This document shows positions 37,193 through 49,689 of a stretch of DNA of 64,000 nt, piece by piece. The DNA is from Octopus bimaculoides (lineage: Eukaryota): the NCBI RefSeq assembly GCF_001194135.2, contig NC_068984.1, positions 5,550,693-5,614,692 on the forward strand, given 5' to 3'. The translations under genes and the position numbers were made by a program. Every line of letters begins with the position of its first letter. The stretch's first letter is position 1. The notes beneath the pieces were generated by a model. The model was not told the DNA's origin. It searched no databases and saw only the letters and a list, made by a program, of their open reading frames with translations.

Positions 37193-37735
37193 ATACACAG
37201 ACATGACAGAAGTAAATAGACGCACTTAAAATCGTTAATATTTATTTAAATCTGAAATTATACATTCAAATTATTTATTAATTATGATAATGTGAATATC
37301 TGATATTTAGTAAGATATACCCTTTACCTTTTCCAATGTAAGGACCCTATTATGCATGCGACTGATCAGATGAATATTTTCTTGAGGTATTTCTTGCCAA
37401 GTTTCATGCAGTAATCTCAAAAGATCTGGCTTTGAGGATGCTTTCTTGTTCTTTTTACGAAGTATCCTGTCCATTATGTCCCAGAAGTGTCCAATGGGGT
37501 CCATATCTGGTGTCAGGTTTGGCCATAAAAGCTTTTTTATGTCATTCTTTTCCAACCAATCTTGCGTCCTTTTAGCCGTGTGACAAGGAGCCACATCTTC
37601 CATAAAGTCTTTAATAATTTCACCACTGGAGAAGGTTTGGAAGAAGTCCTTTCTGCAATATGGACATATATTTATCTGAGTTTATGTTTCCTCAAACTCC
37701 ACCAGTTCTGATCAACTATTGTTCCAAATTGCTCT
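37193..37735 (-). mobile_element. Tc1-family transposon, 3' part with terminus
   Basis: EDVAPCHTAKRTQDWLEKNDIKKLLWPNLTPDMDPIGHFWDIMDR is a degraded DNAPCH..WPxxSPDxNPIE; TA-CACAGACATGACAGAAGT is a TIR-like end. Confidence 0.85.
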
Positions 37736-37826
37736 TTAGACCGTGTTTCATTGTTGGCTACAATCTTTTCACGTCAAATTATTGATCACAGAGTCTCTAG
37801 ACTCACACTAGACCACTGTCAGAAAA

Positions 37827-39020
37827 TATTAGGTTGTTCCGAAAATAATGGCCACTCTAAGTGTTATGGTTTGAAACGCAATTTTATCACAGTATTTTCA
37901 TTATATCTTAGGCGAATTTCGACACAGTTAATAATTGATGTATGCCCTTTAATAATTTTCTACTTATTTCGGTTAGAAAATATTCTTGAAGCATAGGCGA
38001 CCTTAATTACGAACATGAACAAAAAAGAAGCTTCGCTTACTTTTCTTCCATGAGTTCAAACTTGGGCACAATACCTCCCAAACAGCTGCGAATATCACCA
38101 GAGCATGGGGAGAAGGGTCCACAAGCGATCGCACAGTACGAAGGTGGTTTCAGAAATTCCGTAGTAGTGATGAGAGCCTTGAAGGTGAAGAAGGTAGAGG
38201 GCAGTCATGCAGTCTTGACAATGAACAATGGAAAGCAATTGTTGGAAAAAACCCATGTCAAAGTGTCAGAGAAATGTCTCAGGCACTTGGTGTCGGTATA
38301 GCAACGGTCTCATGCAATCCGCAGAAGATTGGTAAGGTGAAAAAGCTCGATAAATGGGTACTGCATGAGCTCTATGAAAATCAAAAGTTCGGCGTTTTGA
38401 AGTGTGCCAGATGCTCTTTCTGCGAAAGGCCAATGATATTTTTCTTGATCAAATAGTCACTTATGATGAAAAGCGGATCTTTTATGATAACCGTAAACGA
38501 TCAGGTCAATGGCTCGATCGTGATGAGTCCCCCAAACATTTTCCAAGATCAAAGTTGCATCATCAAAAGATTATTGTGACTGTCTGGTGGCATGCAATTG
38601 TGTTGTCCGTTACAGCTTTCTGAAAGCCAATCAAAGCATTACAACAGGGATTACTGCAATCAACTCGTTGAAATGCATGCCCACTTGCAAAAAATGAGGC
38701 CTGAATTGGTGAATGGGCGTGGCCTAATTCTGCTCCCCAATAATGCAAAGTCACGTGTTGCAAGAATGACGCTGCAGAAACTCACAGACTTGGGAGACGA
38801 GACTTTACCACATCCTCCAGATTCTCCTGACCTTTCCCCCACTGACTACCATTTTTAAAAAGCATTTAAACACTTTTTGAAGTGATAAAACTCTCAGCTC
38901 CAAACCAGAGGTGGAATCAGCTTTCAAAGATTTCTTAACATCAAAGTCAATAAGTTTTTACCAACGTAGCATAAATAATCCTGTTTATCGATGGCAGAAA
39001 TGCATGGATGATCTTTTCGA
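37827..39020 (+). mobile_element. Mariner (DD34D) transposon, frameshifted and inactive
   Basis: TA plus TTAGGTTGTTCCGAAAATAATGG left TIR; ATG at 38015; HEFKLGH..RRWFQKFRS; KWVLHEL; VTYDEKRIFYDN; NNAKS (second Asp mutated); HPPDSPDLSPTDYHF. Right TIR not seen. Confidence 0.92.
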
Positions 39021-39909
39021 TGCAGATAAAAAACTTGTAGATAATACCACTGCCCGGCCCTCTTTCTCAACATATTCCAGAAGCATTTCTCGTGAACTTC
39101 TCCAGCTTAGGTGTAAACATTCACTCTGGCGAGACACCGTCCATTGTTGTGAAACTGGTATTCATCTAATTAGATTATCGAATGGGATTTGCTATCGCAG
39201 TTAATATCTTTAAGCCAATAGGGCATAATAATCTTATTTCCGTCATCAGCCTCTAGATGGAGATTTCTGACCAAGGAACGCCAGATAATTGATTCAACAG
39301 TTTAACTATGGATTGATAATCTATCAAAATATCAGGCGGCTTATCTTCTCTTCCCGAACATTCCAGGCTTTCTACCTGTAGTAGAAAAGAAATTCTATCG
39401 AAATGTTTAATGTATTATTCCGACTGAAACGACGAGGAGTAAATAATGAAATCACGAGCAGCTGGTGGTATTTAGAAAATATACATCTCAGAGAGAGAGA
39501 GAGAGAGAGAGAGAGTGAGAGAGAGGTTCTCGGAAATAATAACCATCCAATATTCAAACAAAAAATAATCAAATAAAAAGAAGAGATTCTTGAACGATTT
39601 CATGGGCGACCGTTTTCCATGTCAAGACAATGAAGTGCTGAGACAGCGAAATGTCACTTCTAAAAATAGCTGAACACACGTGATTGGGTCAAAATAAATA
39701 AACAAATGTCTGAACTATAGCAATAAACATATATATGAAAATATGTTAAGTTGCTGGTGCCTTTGGAAACTGATGGAGTGGACGTCATAGTTGTTTCTAA
39801 AAATACTCATCCACGCTGTACTCCCCCCTCTCTCTCTCTAACTCCGTTTTCCCCCTCTTTCTGTATACACAGTTTCACACACGCACGCACATACACTATA
39901 CATATATAC

Positions 39910-39973
<64 letters not shown>

Positions 39974-40092
39974 NNNNNNNNNNNNNNNNNNNNNNNNNNN
40001 NNNNNNNNNNNNNNNNNNNNNNNNNNNNTATGGTTATATACATATATATATATATATGTATATACATGCAGGCGCATATACGCATATATGTG

Positions 40093-40131
<39 letters not shown>

Positions 40132-40221
40132 AAAAGAAAAGAGAAAATGGAGATAATATTGATAAGCATCTATTGATTTACATCAATTATTATTTCTGAA
40201 TAATTTACAAAAGACTGCATC

Positions 40222-40337
40222 CCATCTTACAGCTGTTTCTGCTGTAATGTGCTTTGGTATCACCATTATTATGCTAAAAAATATATATCGTAGTTGGTAG
40301 TAAAACCGATTTGAATCATGGAGTTTCATCAGAGTGG
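40222..40337 (-). ncRNA. Type I hammerhead-like motif with long, eroded stem II
   Basis: CCACT-CTGATGA..(about 85 nt)..A-GAAAC-AGCT-GTA-AGATGG; the right half GAAAC-AGCT-GTA-AGA is identical to the 43846 copy. Confidence 0.5.
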
Positions 40338-40423
40338 AAAACAAATAAATAAATATAGACAAGGAAAGGTTGGATATTGTGGGAATCAAGTCATGTGGCG
40401 TGTGTATATAATTGGACTCTCCC

Positions 40424-40800
40424 ATGGAAAAGAAAGGGAAAACAGGATCCAGGGCGGTGGAATATATAAAAAGAAACCCTAAAACCTTCTACAAGTTCGC
40501 AAAAGCGTCTGCCTCAGTGCGATACAGGATAGGGCTACAGTTTGATGAAAAGGGCTCACTGACTGCATACCCCAAAGTGTTTTCATCTCCCAACTAGAAA
40601 ACATGAAAATAAGCAGACCTGATGAATTCCTCAAGAGAAAAGGCGACCATCAATTACATTGACATTACAGAAGAGGATATATTGTCGCCCTTTGACGAGA
40701 TAAACTTAAACTCTGCAACAGGCCCAGATGCACACCCAGAAATTCTGTTAAAACATGCAGGAAATCTCTTGCAAACCCACTGCAAATACTGCAGTCCGCC
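40424..40800 (+). mobile_element. CR1-group LINE ORF2 internal fragment
   Basis: RAVEYIKRNPKTFYKFAK..RIG; INYIDITEEDIL..NSATGPDAHPEILLK..KSLANPLQIL (region between EN and RT). Confidence 0.75.
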
Positions 40801-41814
40801 CTAATGTGGATCTTTTGTCCACGTTTATAGCAACGAGGGATTCTGCTCTCTACCTCACACTTTCATTATTGTTTCTCCGACTGTCACTGTTTCTGAAAGC
40901 TTCTCTAAATTTTCTTCCTTACTTTGTATATATAATTTCCAGAATTTTTCCATGACAATTAGTGGCTTCCGTTTCTGTGGCTTGGAGCACGGTGACCTCT
41001 TTCTCGCTTCCTAGAAGCACAGCCGCCGCCATCCAAGCCACGTCTATTTCAGNNNNNNNNNNNNNNNNNNNNNNNNNNNNNNNNNNNNNNNNNNNNNNNN
41101 NNNNNNNNNNNNNNNNNNNNNNNNNNNNNNNNNNNNNNNNNNNNNNNNNNNNNNNNNNNNNNNNNNNNNNNNNNNNNNNNNNNNNNNNNNNNNNNNNNNN
41201 NNNNNNNNNNNNNNNNNNNNNNNNNNNNNNNNNNNNNNNNNNNNNNNNNNNNNNNNNNNNNNNNNNNNNNNNNNNNNNNNNNNNNNNNNNNNNNNNNNNN
41301 NNNNNNNNNNNNNNNNNNNNNNNNNNNNNNNNNNNNNNNNNNNNNNNNNNNNNNNNNNNNNNNNNNNNNNNNNNNNNNNNNNNNNNNNNNNNNNNNNNNN
41401 NNNNNNNNNNNNNNNNNNNNNNNNNNNNNNNNNNNNNNNNNNNNNNNNNNNNNNNNNNNNNNNNNNNNNNNNNNNNNNNNNNNNNNNNNNNNNNNNNNNN
41501 NNNNNNNNNNNNNNNNNNNNNNNNNNNNNNNNNNNNNNNNNNNNNNNNNNNNNNNNNNNNNNNNNNNNNNNNNNNNNNNNNNNNNNNNNNNNNNNNNNNN
41601 NNNNNNNNNNNNNNNNNNNNNNNNNNNNNNNNNNNNNNNNNNNNNNNNNNNNNNNNNNNNNNNNNNNNNNNNNNNNNNNNNNNNNNNNNNNNNNNNNNNN
41701 NNNNNNNNNNNNNNNNNNNNNNNNNNNNNNNNNNNNNNNNNNNNNNNNNNNNNNNNNNNNNNNNNNNNNNNNNNNNNNNNNNNNNNNNNNNNTATATATA
41801 TATATATATATATA

Positions 41815-42790
41815 TATATCCTTTCCTTTCCCGCTTCTCACTCCTACTCTTTCCATCTCGTCTCATTTCCCCCAACATTCTGCGCCTTCGTATTTTCTTC
41901 ATTCTCTCACACTTCGCTGCTGCTTTTAGATTTAACGTTGTTGCTGTTGTTGTTCTTCTTCTTTCTCTTCGTCTCACCGTCTTCTTCCTCTTACTATCAC
42001 TCCTTCCTGTTAACTTCATTTCCGCCATCTTTCACTTTCCTTTATTTCTGCATTCTTTGCTTTTCTCTCCCACCGCCACCTTCCGTTATTGATCCCTTTC
42101 CCTCTATTTCACTAGTGTCTTTCTTTTTTCTTTCTTTCTTTCCCCGTTTTCTCCTGTCTCTTCCCCTTCCTCTCACTACCACTCACCTCCTGATTGTTAC
42201 TTTCCCTCTGCATCTCTTCTTTCTTCCTGTCTTCTTTCTCTTCTCTTTCTTACCCTTTTCGTTCCCCACCCACCACCACCACTGTCTCTTTCCTTCCACC
42301 TTTCCTCTTATCTCTCTGTCTTCATTATTTCTTTCTATCTCCCCCTCTCTCTATCTCTGTCTTTCTGTCATCCTCCTCCTTAACATCTCAGTCTATCTTA
42401 TATTACACCTGTTTCTATCTCTTGAATATGATCTCCCCTACTCTCTGTCTTTCTTTTTCTCTCTTTCTCACTTTCACTCTTTTCCTTCCCTCCCTCTCGA
42501 TCTCTCCTACCACTTCTCTTTATGTCCTATTTCTTATTCCATTCATCACTCATTAATACGACCAACTCACACACGAATTCACGCACACATACAGCTAGAT
42601 ATACGCATACATCTCGTCACAAGAATACACAAACACATTCACACTTCACACATAGGTATACATAAATTCCCGCATACATAAACACGCTCACACACTAACT
42701 TCCATTTTCTTCTCACACATTTTCTATAATCCGAAGACTCGTTTTCTCCTCCAAGCTCTCTCCTCTCCACCTTTCATCTTATCCTTGTGT
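41815..42790. repeat. Pyrimidine-rich low-complexity tract
   Basis: CT/TTC-rich; the Phe/Leu/Ser ORFs are compositional. Confidence 0.85.
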
Positions 42791-43443
42791 ACAAATATAC
42801 ACACATATTCTCACATACTGTGCACATTCGCACTCAACAACACACACGCACATACTCATATACGCACGTGCACATTATCAAAATATTAGCTTTGTGGACA
42901 AAGATAAGCTGCAGCAAACACCATTTCATAGCACAACCAAGCAGATTTTATATAGTCACGTGTTGCTCTCGTTAGTTTCCGCTTTGTCTATTATTCAGCA
43001 AAGTTTTGTCAATAATGGTGGTAATCCTTTATAATAACAACTTTGAAAAGAGGGAAATCGCTTTCGTAAGATAACCGGAATTGATAATGATACACGGAAC
43101 ACAGGATAAGGAAGAACCTGAAGCAAAAGAGAGAAGCGAAATTGTAAAAACATTGATTGGAATATGAGGAAACCCAGTAGGAATGGATCCTGCGTTGTTA
43201 TCAAATACATACAAAAGAAAATGTCTGTTGTAGACTTGTCTTGCTTTCCACAAAGAAACTGCTGAGAAAATAATCTTGACTGTAACATGTAATATAAGTT
43301 GTGTTGCTGTTGTACGTGAAGTAATGTCGTTTTAAACACGTGACTAACAGCGTATGAAGGACGAAACTGGCTAATTAGTTTAAATGGAATAGGTTAGTTT
43401 AATGAATTACATTTAAGAAACACATAATTAGTATCAAAATATT

Positions 43444-43523
<80 letters not shown>

Positions 43524-43550
43524 TATATATACACATATATATATATTAGG

Positions 43551-43750
43551 TGGAGGTGCGTGGCTTAATGGTTAGGGTATCAGCATCATGATCGTAGGAT
43601 TGTGGTTTCGATTCCTGGACCGGGCGACGCGTTGTGTTCTTGAGCAAAACACTTTATTTCACGTTGCTCCAGTCCACTCAGCCGGCAAAAATGAGTAACG
43701 CTGCGATGGACTGGCGTCCCGTCCAACTGGGGAACATATACGCCATTAGG
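43551..43750 (+). mobile_element. SINE family 3, well preserved
   Basis: A-box TGGCTTAATGG, B-box GGTTTCGATTCC, central TTCTTGAGCAAAACACTTTATTTCACGTTGCTCCAGTCCACTCAGC. Confidence 0.85.
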
Positions 43751-43784
43751 CTTTAAAAGGGCGCATTTATTATTTTATATATAT

Positions 43785-44060
43785 TAGACAATGGGATAAC
43801 AAAGCCAAGGCTGTAATGAGTTTTCAGAATATTTATAATGAAATAGTCTTACAGCTGTTTCTGGGATATTATGGATATCCCTTCAGAGACGGTGTGAAAA
43901 AATATTTGAGTTCAAATTGTTATGGAAAAGGAGGAGATAGGGAATATAGAGGGGAGTAAGAGAATGATAGTAGACATAAGATATTGTAGTTGCAGTTCCA
44001 TTATTCAAGGAAAGCGGTGTATAGAAGTGGTAAAAAAAGTTTCCTATACATGGTATGTAA
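43785..44060 (-). mobile_element. About 280-nt HHR-bearing element, copy 2
   Basis: Homologue of 24422-24710; its 3' end abuts a short (AT)n. Confidence 0.75.
43846..43890 (-). ncRNA. Type I hammerhead motif (3-nt core deletion)
   Basis: GTCT-CTGA[TGA deleted]-A-GGGATAT-ccata-ATATCCC-A-GAAAC-AGCT-GTA-AGAC. Confidence 0.7.
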
Positions 44061-44300
44061 GTTCCAGTAGCAATACATACATATCATATGTATGTATGTA
44101 TGTGTGTATGTATGTATGTGTGTATGTATGTATGTATGTATGTATGTATGTATAAGCTAATGAAAGTGATTACGTCATTCTTGTTCTTTTGTCATGCAGT
44201 AATTCCTCTTACGCTTCGTCCTCAACTGACTTAACTCTAAAGCATAAATATATTGAATTCTAACTGATGGTTATTAGTATTGCTATTACTAAGTGAAATC

Positions 44301-44364
<64 letters not shown>

Positions 44365-44432
44365 ATGTTTGATTGTATGTATAGTTACAGAAGAGAGCCA
44401 ACAAATTTATTGACTATTTACAAGAAAGATTG

Positions 44433-44471
44433 ACAGTAGAAGTTTCGGCGTAGCTGCTTTCGTCAAACTAT
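44433..44471 (-). ncRNA. Degenerate minimal hammerhead motif
   Basis: ATAGT-TTGACGA-A-AGC-agctac-GCC-GAAAC-TTCT-ACTGT. Confidence 0.4.
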
Positions 44472-44540
44472 AGATTATGTTTAATACAGTTCTATATTTA
44501 AGAGATGAGGAATTATGTACAATATTTACATTATTTACAT

Positions 44541-44612
44541 GGGCATATGGCGTAGTGGTTAAGAGAGCGGGCTACTAACCCCAAGATTCCGAGTTCGATT
44601 CCAGGCAGTGAC
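44541..44612 (+). other. tRNA-like sequence (SINE head or tRNA pseudogene)
   Basis: A-box TGGCGTAGTGG, GGG-CTACTAA-CCC anticodon arm, B-box GAGTTCGATTCC; the acceptor stem does not pair. Confidence 0.6.
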
Positions 44613-44904
44613 AAACTCTTTATTGGCATGACTTCCAATTCCTTACATTCTGTGTTCAAATAACACCAGAATCAATTTTGCTGTTCTTTCCTCCAGGTTC
44701 GATATAAATAAACAACCAGGTCTAGTCTTGTAGTCGATGGTATCGACTAACCCTTCCACTCCTGAAGTTGCTGACCCTGCGCCAGAATTTGAAACCATTA
44801 TCACATTTTGCTACTCCTCCCACTTCAATGCTCGTTCTACTCTTCTCTACTTCTTGTTACAAGATTCGTATCTTCGTCCCTATTATCGTATACTGATCTA
44901 TAAG

Positions 44905-45060
44905 TGAAGGCGCGCGGTTAAAGCGTTGCAGTCACGATCACAAGATCGTGGTTTCGATTCGCGGAACGTGTGGCTTGTTGTGTTCTTGAGCAAATCACTT
45001 CATTTCACGTTGCTATAGTCCACTGGGCTTTAAAAGTATAACCCAACGACGAACCGTTCT
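44905..45060 (+). mobile_element. SINE family 3
   Basis: GTGGTTTCGATTCGCGG..GTGTTCTTGAGCAAATCACTTCATTTCACGTTGC. Confidence 0.8.
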
Positions 45061-45166
45061 CGGTCACTCAGGGATCAGGGAAACTGGGCAACCAGCCGCA
45101 TCTATCTATCTATATGCGTGCGGGCACACACACACACACACACATATCAGATAGATAAATAGATAA

Positions 45167-45407
45167 GGCGGTGAGCTGGCAGAATCGTTAGCATGCCGGG
45201 CGAAATACTTAGCGGTATTTCATCTGTCTTTATGTTCTGAGTTCAAATTCCGCCGAGGTCGACTTTGCCTTTCATCCTTTTGGGGTCGATAAATTAAGTA
45301 CCAGTTACACACTGGGATCGGTGTAATAGACTTAATCCTTTTGTCTGTCCTTGTTTGTCTTCTCTATGTTTAACCCCCCCCCGCCCCCGTGGGCAATAAA
45401 GAAATAA
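45167..45407 (+). mobile_element. SINE family 1, full length, inserted in (GATA)n
   Basis: Complete copy with GATA repeats on both sides. Confidence 0.92.
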
Positions 45408-45419
45408 GATAGATAGATA

Positions 45420-45605
45420 TACGAGGTCTGATCAATAAGTATCTGGACTGTTGCGATAGTAACGAAGCTAAAGCACGTAGAGTGAAGTTGCTGACCTTGA
45501 ACTCGCTTGTGTGTGTGCACTAAGTTTTAACGTTCTTGTTCACTTCTGCTGTTCACACCAGTGCTTGGAGGGAAGGTGTGTAGCGTGCGATCGTCGCATT
45601 GACCC
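45420..45605 (+). mobile_element. Mariner-like 5' terminal fragment
   Basis: TA-CGAGGTCTGATCAATAAGTATC resembles CGAGGG..TCAA..AAGT mariner TIRs. Confidence 0.55.
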
Positions 45606-45634
45606 ACCAGCTCTCCGTTTCCTCTTATGTTCAT

Positions 45635-45850
45635 ATTGGATTCAAATTTTGACACAAGGTCAATAATTTCAGAAAGGGGATGAGTCGGTTTTGCATTGAG
45701 CCCAGGGCTTAACTGGTACTTATTTTATCGACCCTCAAATAATGCAAGGCAAAGATAACCTCGGTGGAATTTGAACTCAGGACGTAACGACAGATGAAAT
45801 GTCGCCAAGCATTTCGCCCGGCGTGCTAACGACTCTACCAGCGCGCCTCC
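45635..45850 (-). mobile_element. SINE family 1
   Basis: Full head and body on minus. Confidence 0.85.
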
Positions 45851-47910
45851 TTAATCCCCTTATGTTCATATTGAAAGGAGAGTATTGTTGCTGTTGTTTA
45901 ATATAAGTCATTCCTATAGTTCATAGCGTTCCATGCATGGCCACCTAGTATTGTGTTCACATAATCTATATTAGACTACATTAACCAATATGTCTATCAT
46001 TAAAAAAAACAAACACTACCGTGTGATTTAAAGGAGTTCTGACTGTTATTTCTAACAGATCAAGCAAACATGTAGTCGTTTCATAATTTGTGCGATTTGA
46101 TACAGATTTATGGGCGTAAATTGAAATGCCAATCGAGAGTCTTTTAGTTTAATTTTCATTGGTGGCGTGGTATAGGTCTATGTTGTAAATTTGTATAAGT
46201 AACCAAGGTGTACCAAGGGTGCCCTGGTGGTATGACTGACCATAACATGCGGCACCAACAACTATCACTTGACGAAGCTAAGTTGACATAGGTGTCTAGA
46301 ATTGACCTAGCTGTATCAAACATCATCGTCAATAGCCACAGTAGCAGCAATTGTTGTTGCCTTCATCGTAGTTATCAACGTAATCGTCACCGTTGCTATT
46401 GGCCTTGCTAAATTCTTCGCCACCTTCATTACAACTGCCGCAAAGGCTGTCCTAACAACAGAACTTGCAAATCATAACATGCGAATAGAAGGCGAGTTAG
46501 GTTTCAGTTCTTAGGGCAAGTTAAACTATATGTGATAGACTATCATTCTATCCAGAAGCACGTTTATCTCTCATCCACTTAACGATGATCTTAATGTAGA
46601 TAAATCTCTTCCAGTAGTTTGGATTCATTTGATTAAATAAATGAATAAGACCAGATTTGATTCAATCGACTTTACCGTCTTGATAGTTGGCTCCAGTGCT
46701 TAAGTAATAAATTCTTATTTTATGAACGTCATAAAAAAAAAGATACGGAAAACCGATTCCTGGAGGAACTGACCTCGGAGGTAGAAACCATTAAACATTT
46801 AATACAAGTCATGATTACGTCAACCATAAAACGACCTCAAAGACTACTTACAAGACATTAGTAGTTGAGAGTTAGCTCGTAAAATGTTTTTGCTCGCTTC
46901 TTACTTAACATTGCAAAGAAGAGCACTTGAATAAGGGCCTCCAAAAAATGCAATTATCTCTGCTTTCATTTGGAATCTATAAAACAGGTTTAGAGGGAGA
47001 TCATTTTGGATCTTTACAAACATTAAATCTGCACACGTCCGCGGACACGGACGGACACGCACACACACACACACACAGCCTCTCCCTCTCTCTCTCTCCC
47101 TCTCTCTCTCTCTCTCCTCCCCCTCTCTCTCTCTCCTCCAATTCTATCATTGTTTATTTATCTTTTTCTCTCTCTTTCTCTCTCAGAACCTAAATGTGTA
47201 AGAACAGAGCAAGTAACACACATCAATAAAGACAACAGCATTATATATCGATTGTAAGACAGCGTTATTCAGCAATGGTTACCTCCGCCTATCCCCCCCC
47301 CTGCTCTGGCCAATCATGTGTCTCTACACACTGACTCTAGTTTGTTTCTCTATTCAACACACGACTGAAGATGATGTGGAAGCATTGACATTTTTACCGT
47401 TTGTGTCGTTTTTACTTGCAAATGTTAAACTGAATTCAGATATTTGTCCCTTTAATATATTTTTTTATTCTCGATATGTTTATTTCGCCAGTTAAACTAC
47501 TACTACTACTACAACTACAACTATGGATCGACTCTGAGCATGCTTTTTTAATTAGGAGGGAAGAAACTTACCTGTAGCTTGAGAATGGCGGAGTTATCCG
47601 GGATTTTTGCGTGGGGTTTACCCCGGATTTTCCTAAGTGGACTACCCCGCTATTGGAGATTCTATATATTTATTTATTTAATAATTACTTATTTCTCTAA
47701 TTTCTATTATATATCCTCTCGTATATCCCTTAATGTGGTAGTATTTTCCTTTGGTCGATGTAAACTCCACCTGTTATTGTTTTGTATTTTTTGTTTTGTT
47801 TTGTTTTGTGCACTATAACCCCTCCTTCAACATTGTCCACCATGTCTTGGGTCCTTGTGGCCAATTAAGGAAATTATTATTATTATTATCATCATCATCA
47901 ATACAATTAT

Positions 47911-48480
47911 GGCGGCGAGCTGGCAGAATCGTTAGCAGGCCGGCAAAATGCTTTGCGGTACTTTGTCCGTCTTCGTGTTCTGACTTCAAATTCTGCCGAG
48001 GTTAACTTTGCCTTTCATCCTTTTGGGGTCGATTAAATAAGTACCAGTTACGCACTGGGGTCGATGTAATCGACTTAATCTCTTCCCCCTAAATTTGAGA
48101 ATAATAATAATCATAATAATTATTATTATTACTATGCCCGTGAGATGGCAGAATCGTTAGTACACAGGGTGAAATGCTTAACAGTATTTCGCCCGTCGCT
48201 ACGTTCTGGGTTCAAATTCAGCCGAGGTCGACTTTGCCTTTCATTATTTCGGCGTTGATAAATTAAGTACTATTAGTGTACTAGGGTTGATCTCAGCCAC
48301 TGGCTCCTTTCCCACTCCAATTTCAGCCCTAGTGCATATAGTAGAAACGATTATTATTATTATTGTTGTTGTTACTAAGTTAGCAATCTGCCAAAATCGT
48401 TAGCACGCCTTGCAAAATGCTTAGCAGCATTTCACCAGTCTTTCCCATTCTGTATTCAAATGTAACCTTGGGTAAATGTC
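47911..48480 (+). mobile_element. Three head-to-tail SINE family 1 copies
   Basis: Copies at about 47911-48100, 48136-48350 and 48378-48480 (truncated), separated by (AAT)n/(ATT)n. Confidence 0.88.
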
Positions 48481-49113
48481 TTTCGGTGTAATACTTTAAC
48501 CCAAAATGCTGCTAATGTAACTGCAAAAATCCTTTGAATCGACAGTATGTGAGTTTGGGTGGTCGACCTATAATAGTATTACGGTCTTGTTTAGCATCTA
48601 TATCTGGTCCTAGGAAGCTATTATTAGTGGTCACTATTTTCCTCTGTCCAGGTCTTCAGTCTAAAAATAATCCACGACATAAAACGTTCCTTTATTTGTC
48701 TCAGACTCACTGGAAAAGCGTTGTGGGTGTTGTCCTCCTCATGTATAAAGCACAAAACGTGTTTTGATGCGGACGAGGAAGACGAATTGAAAAACAGAGA
48801 GCTGAGTGTTTACAAAATGACATGAGTTATATGCTATCGTACGAGAAAAGCAAAAATAAATAAAACAAATAAACAAAAAACCTACAATTAACTGAAATAG
48901 CAAACTGGAATGATATGAAGCAGGTTACGATTGAATGAATCGTGTGAACAGTGTATTGGCTGTCATTTGATGAGAGATGAGAGGTCAAAGTCCGTTCTCA
49001 CTTCAATTAAACATTTCATAAAAGACAGCAGAAGAAAGTTTCTCATACTGAATAACAATACTTAGATTTTGTATTATACAAATAATGATTTTAATAATGT
49101 TTATAGCAGAAGC

Positions 49114-49570
49114 GCAGGCGTGGCTGTGTGGTAAGTAGTTTGCGCGGCTGTGTGGTTACGGCGGCGAGGTGGCAGAAACATTAGCACACCGGGCGAAATG
49201 CTTAGCGGTATTTCGTTCTCAGTTCAAATTCCACCGAGGTCGACTTTTGCCTTTCATCATTTCGGGGTCAAAAAATTAAGTACCAGTTACGCACTGAGGT
49301 CGATGCAATCGACTTAATCCGTTTGTCTGTCCTTGTTTGTCTCCTTTATGTTTAGCCCCTTGTGGGCAATAAAGAAATAAGAAGTTTGCTTCCAAGCCAT
49401 ATGGTTCCGGATTCAGTCCCGCGGTGTGGCACCTAGAGCAAGTGTATTCTGCTATAGATTCATGAGAGGATTTGGCAGACTTTCAGAAAACTTAGGTAAT
49501 GTGGTTGATTTGTTGAACTAAAATTCTTCAAGGCGGTGCCACAGCATGGCCACATACTAATGACTGATAC
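49114..49570 (+). mobile_element. SINE family 1 (49160-49380) nested in SINE family 2
   Basis: Family 2 head GGCTGTGTGGTAAG is interrupted and resumes at AAGAAGTTTGCTTCC after the family 1 tail. Confidence 0.85.
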
Positions 49571-49689
49571 AATCACAAGATACATATTGGCATGCATCCA
49601 TATACAAATATATAATTGTGTGTTCGAATCTGACTGTCTCTCAATTTCTGAAACACACAGATATGAACATACATACAACTCTACACATG

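Noticed and set aside
39625-39660. HHR-like GCTG-aga-CAGC-GAAAT-GTC
   Set aside because: No recognisable CUGANGA upstream and no stem I.
44541-44612. Functional tRNA-Ser(ACT) gene
   Set aside because: The acceptor stem does not pair and there is no clear poly-T terminator; a SINE-like head is more likely.
46320-46510. Hydrophobic transmembrane-like reading frame
   Set aside because: No start codon; consistent with a decayed trinucleotide repeat.
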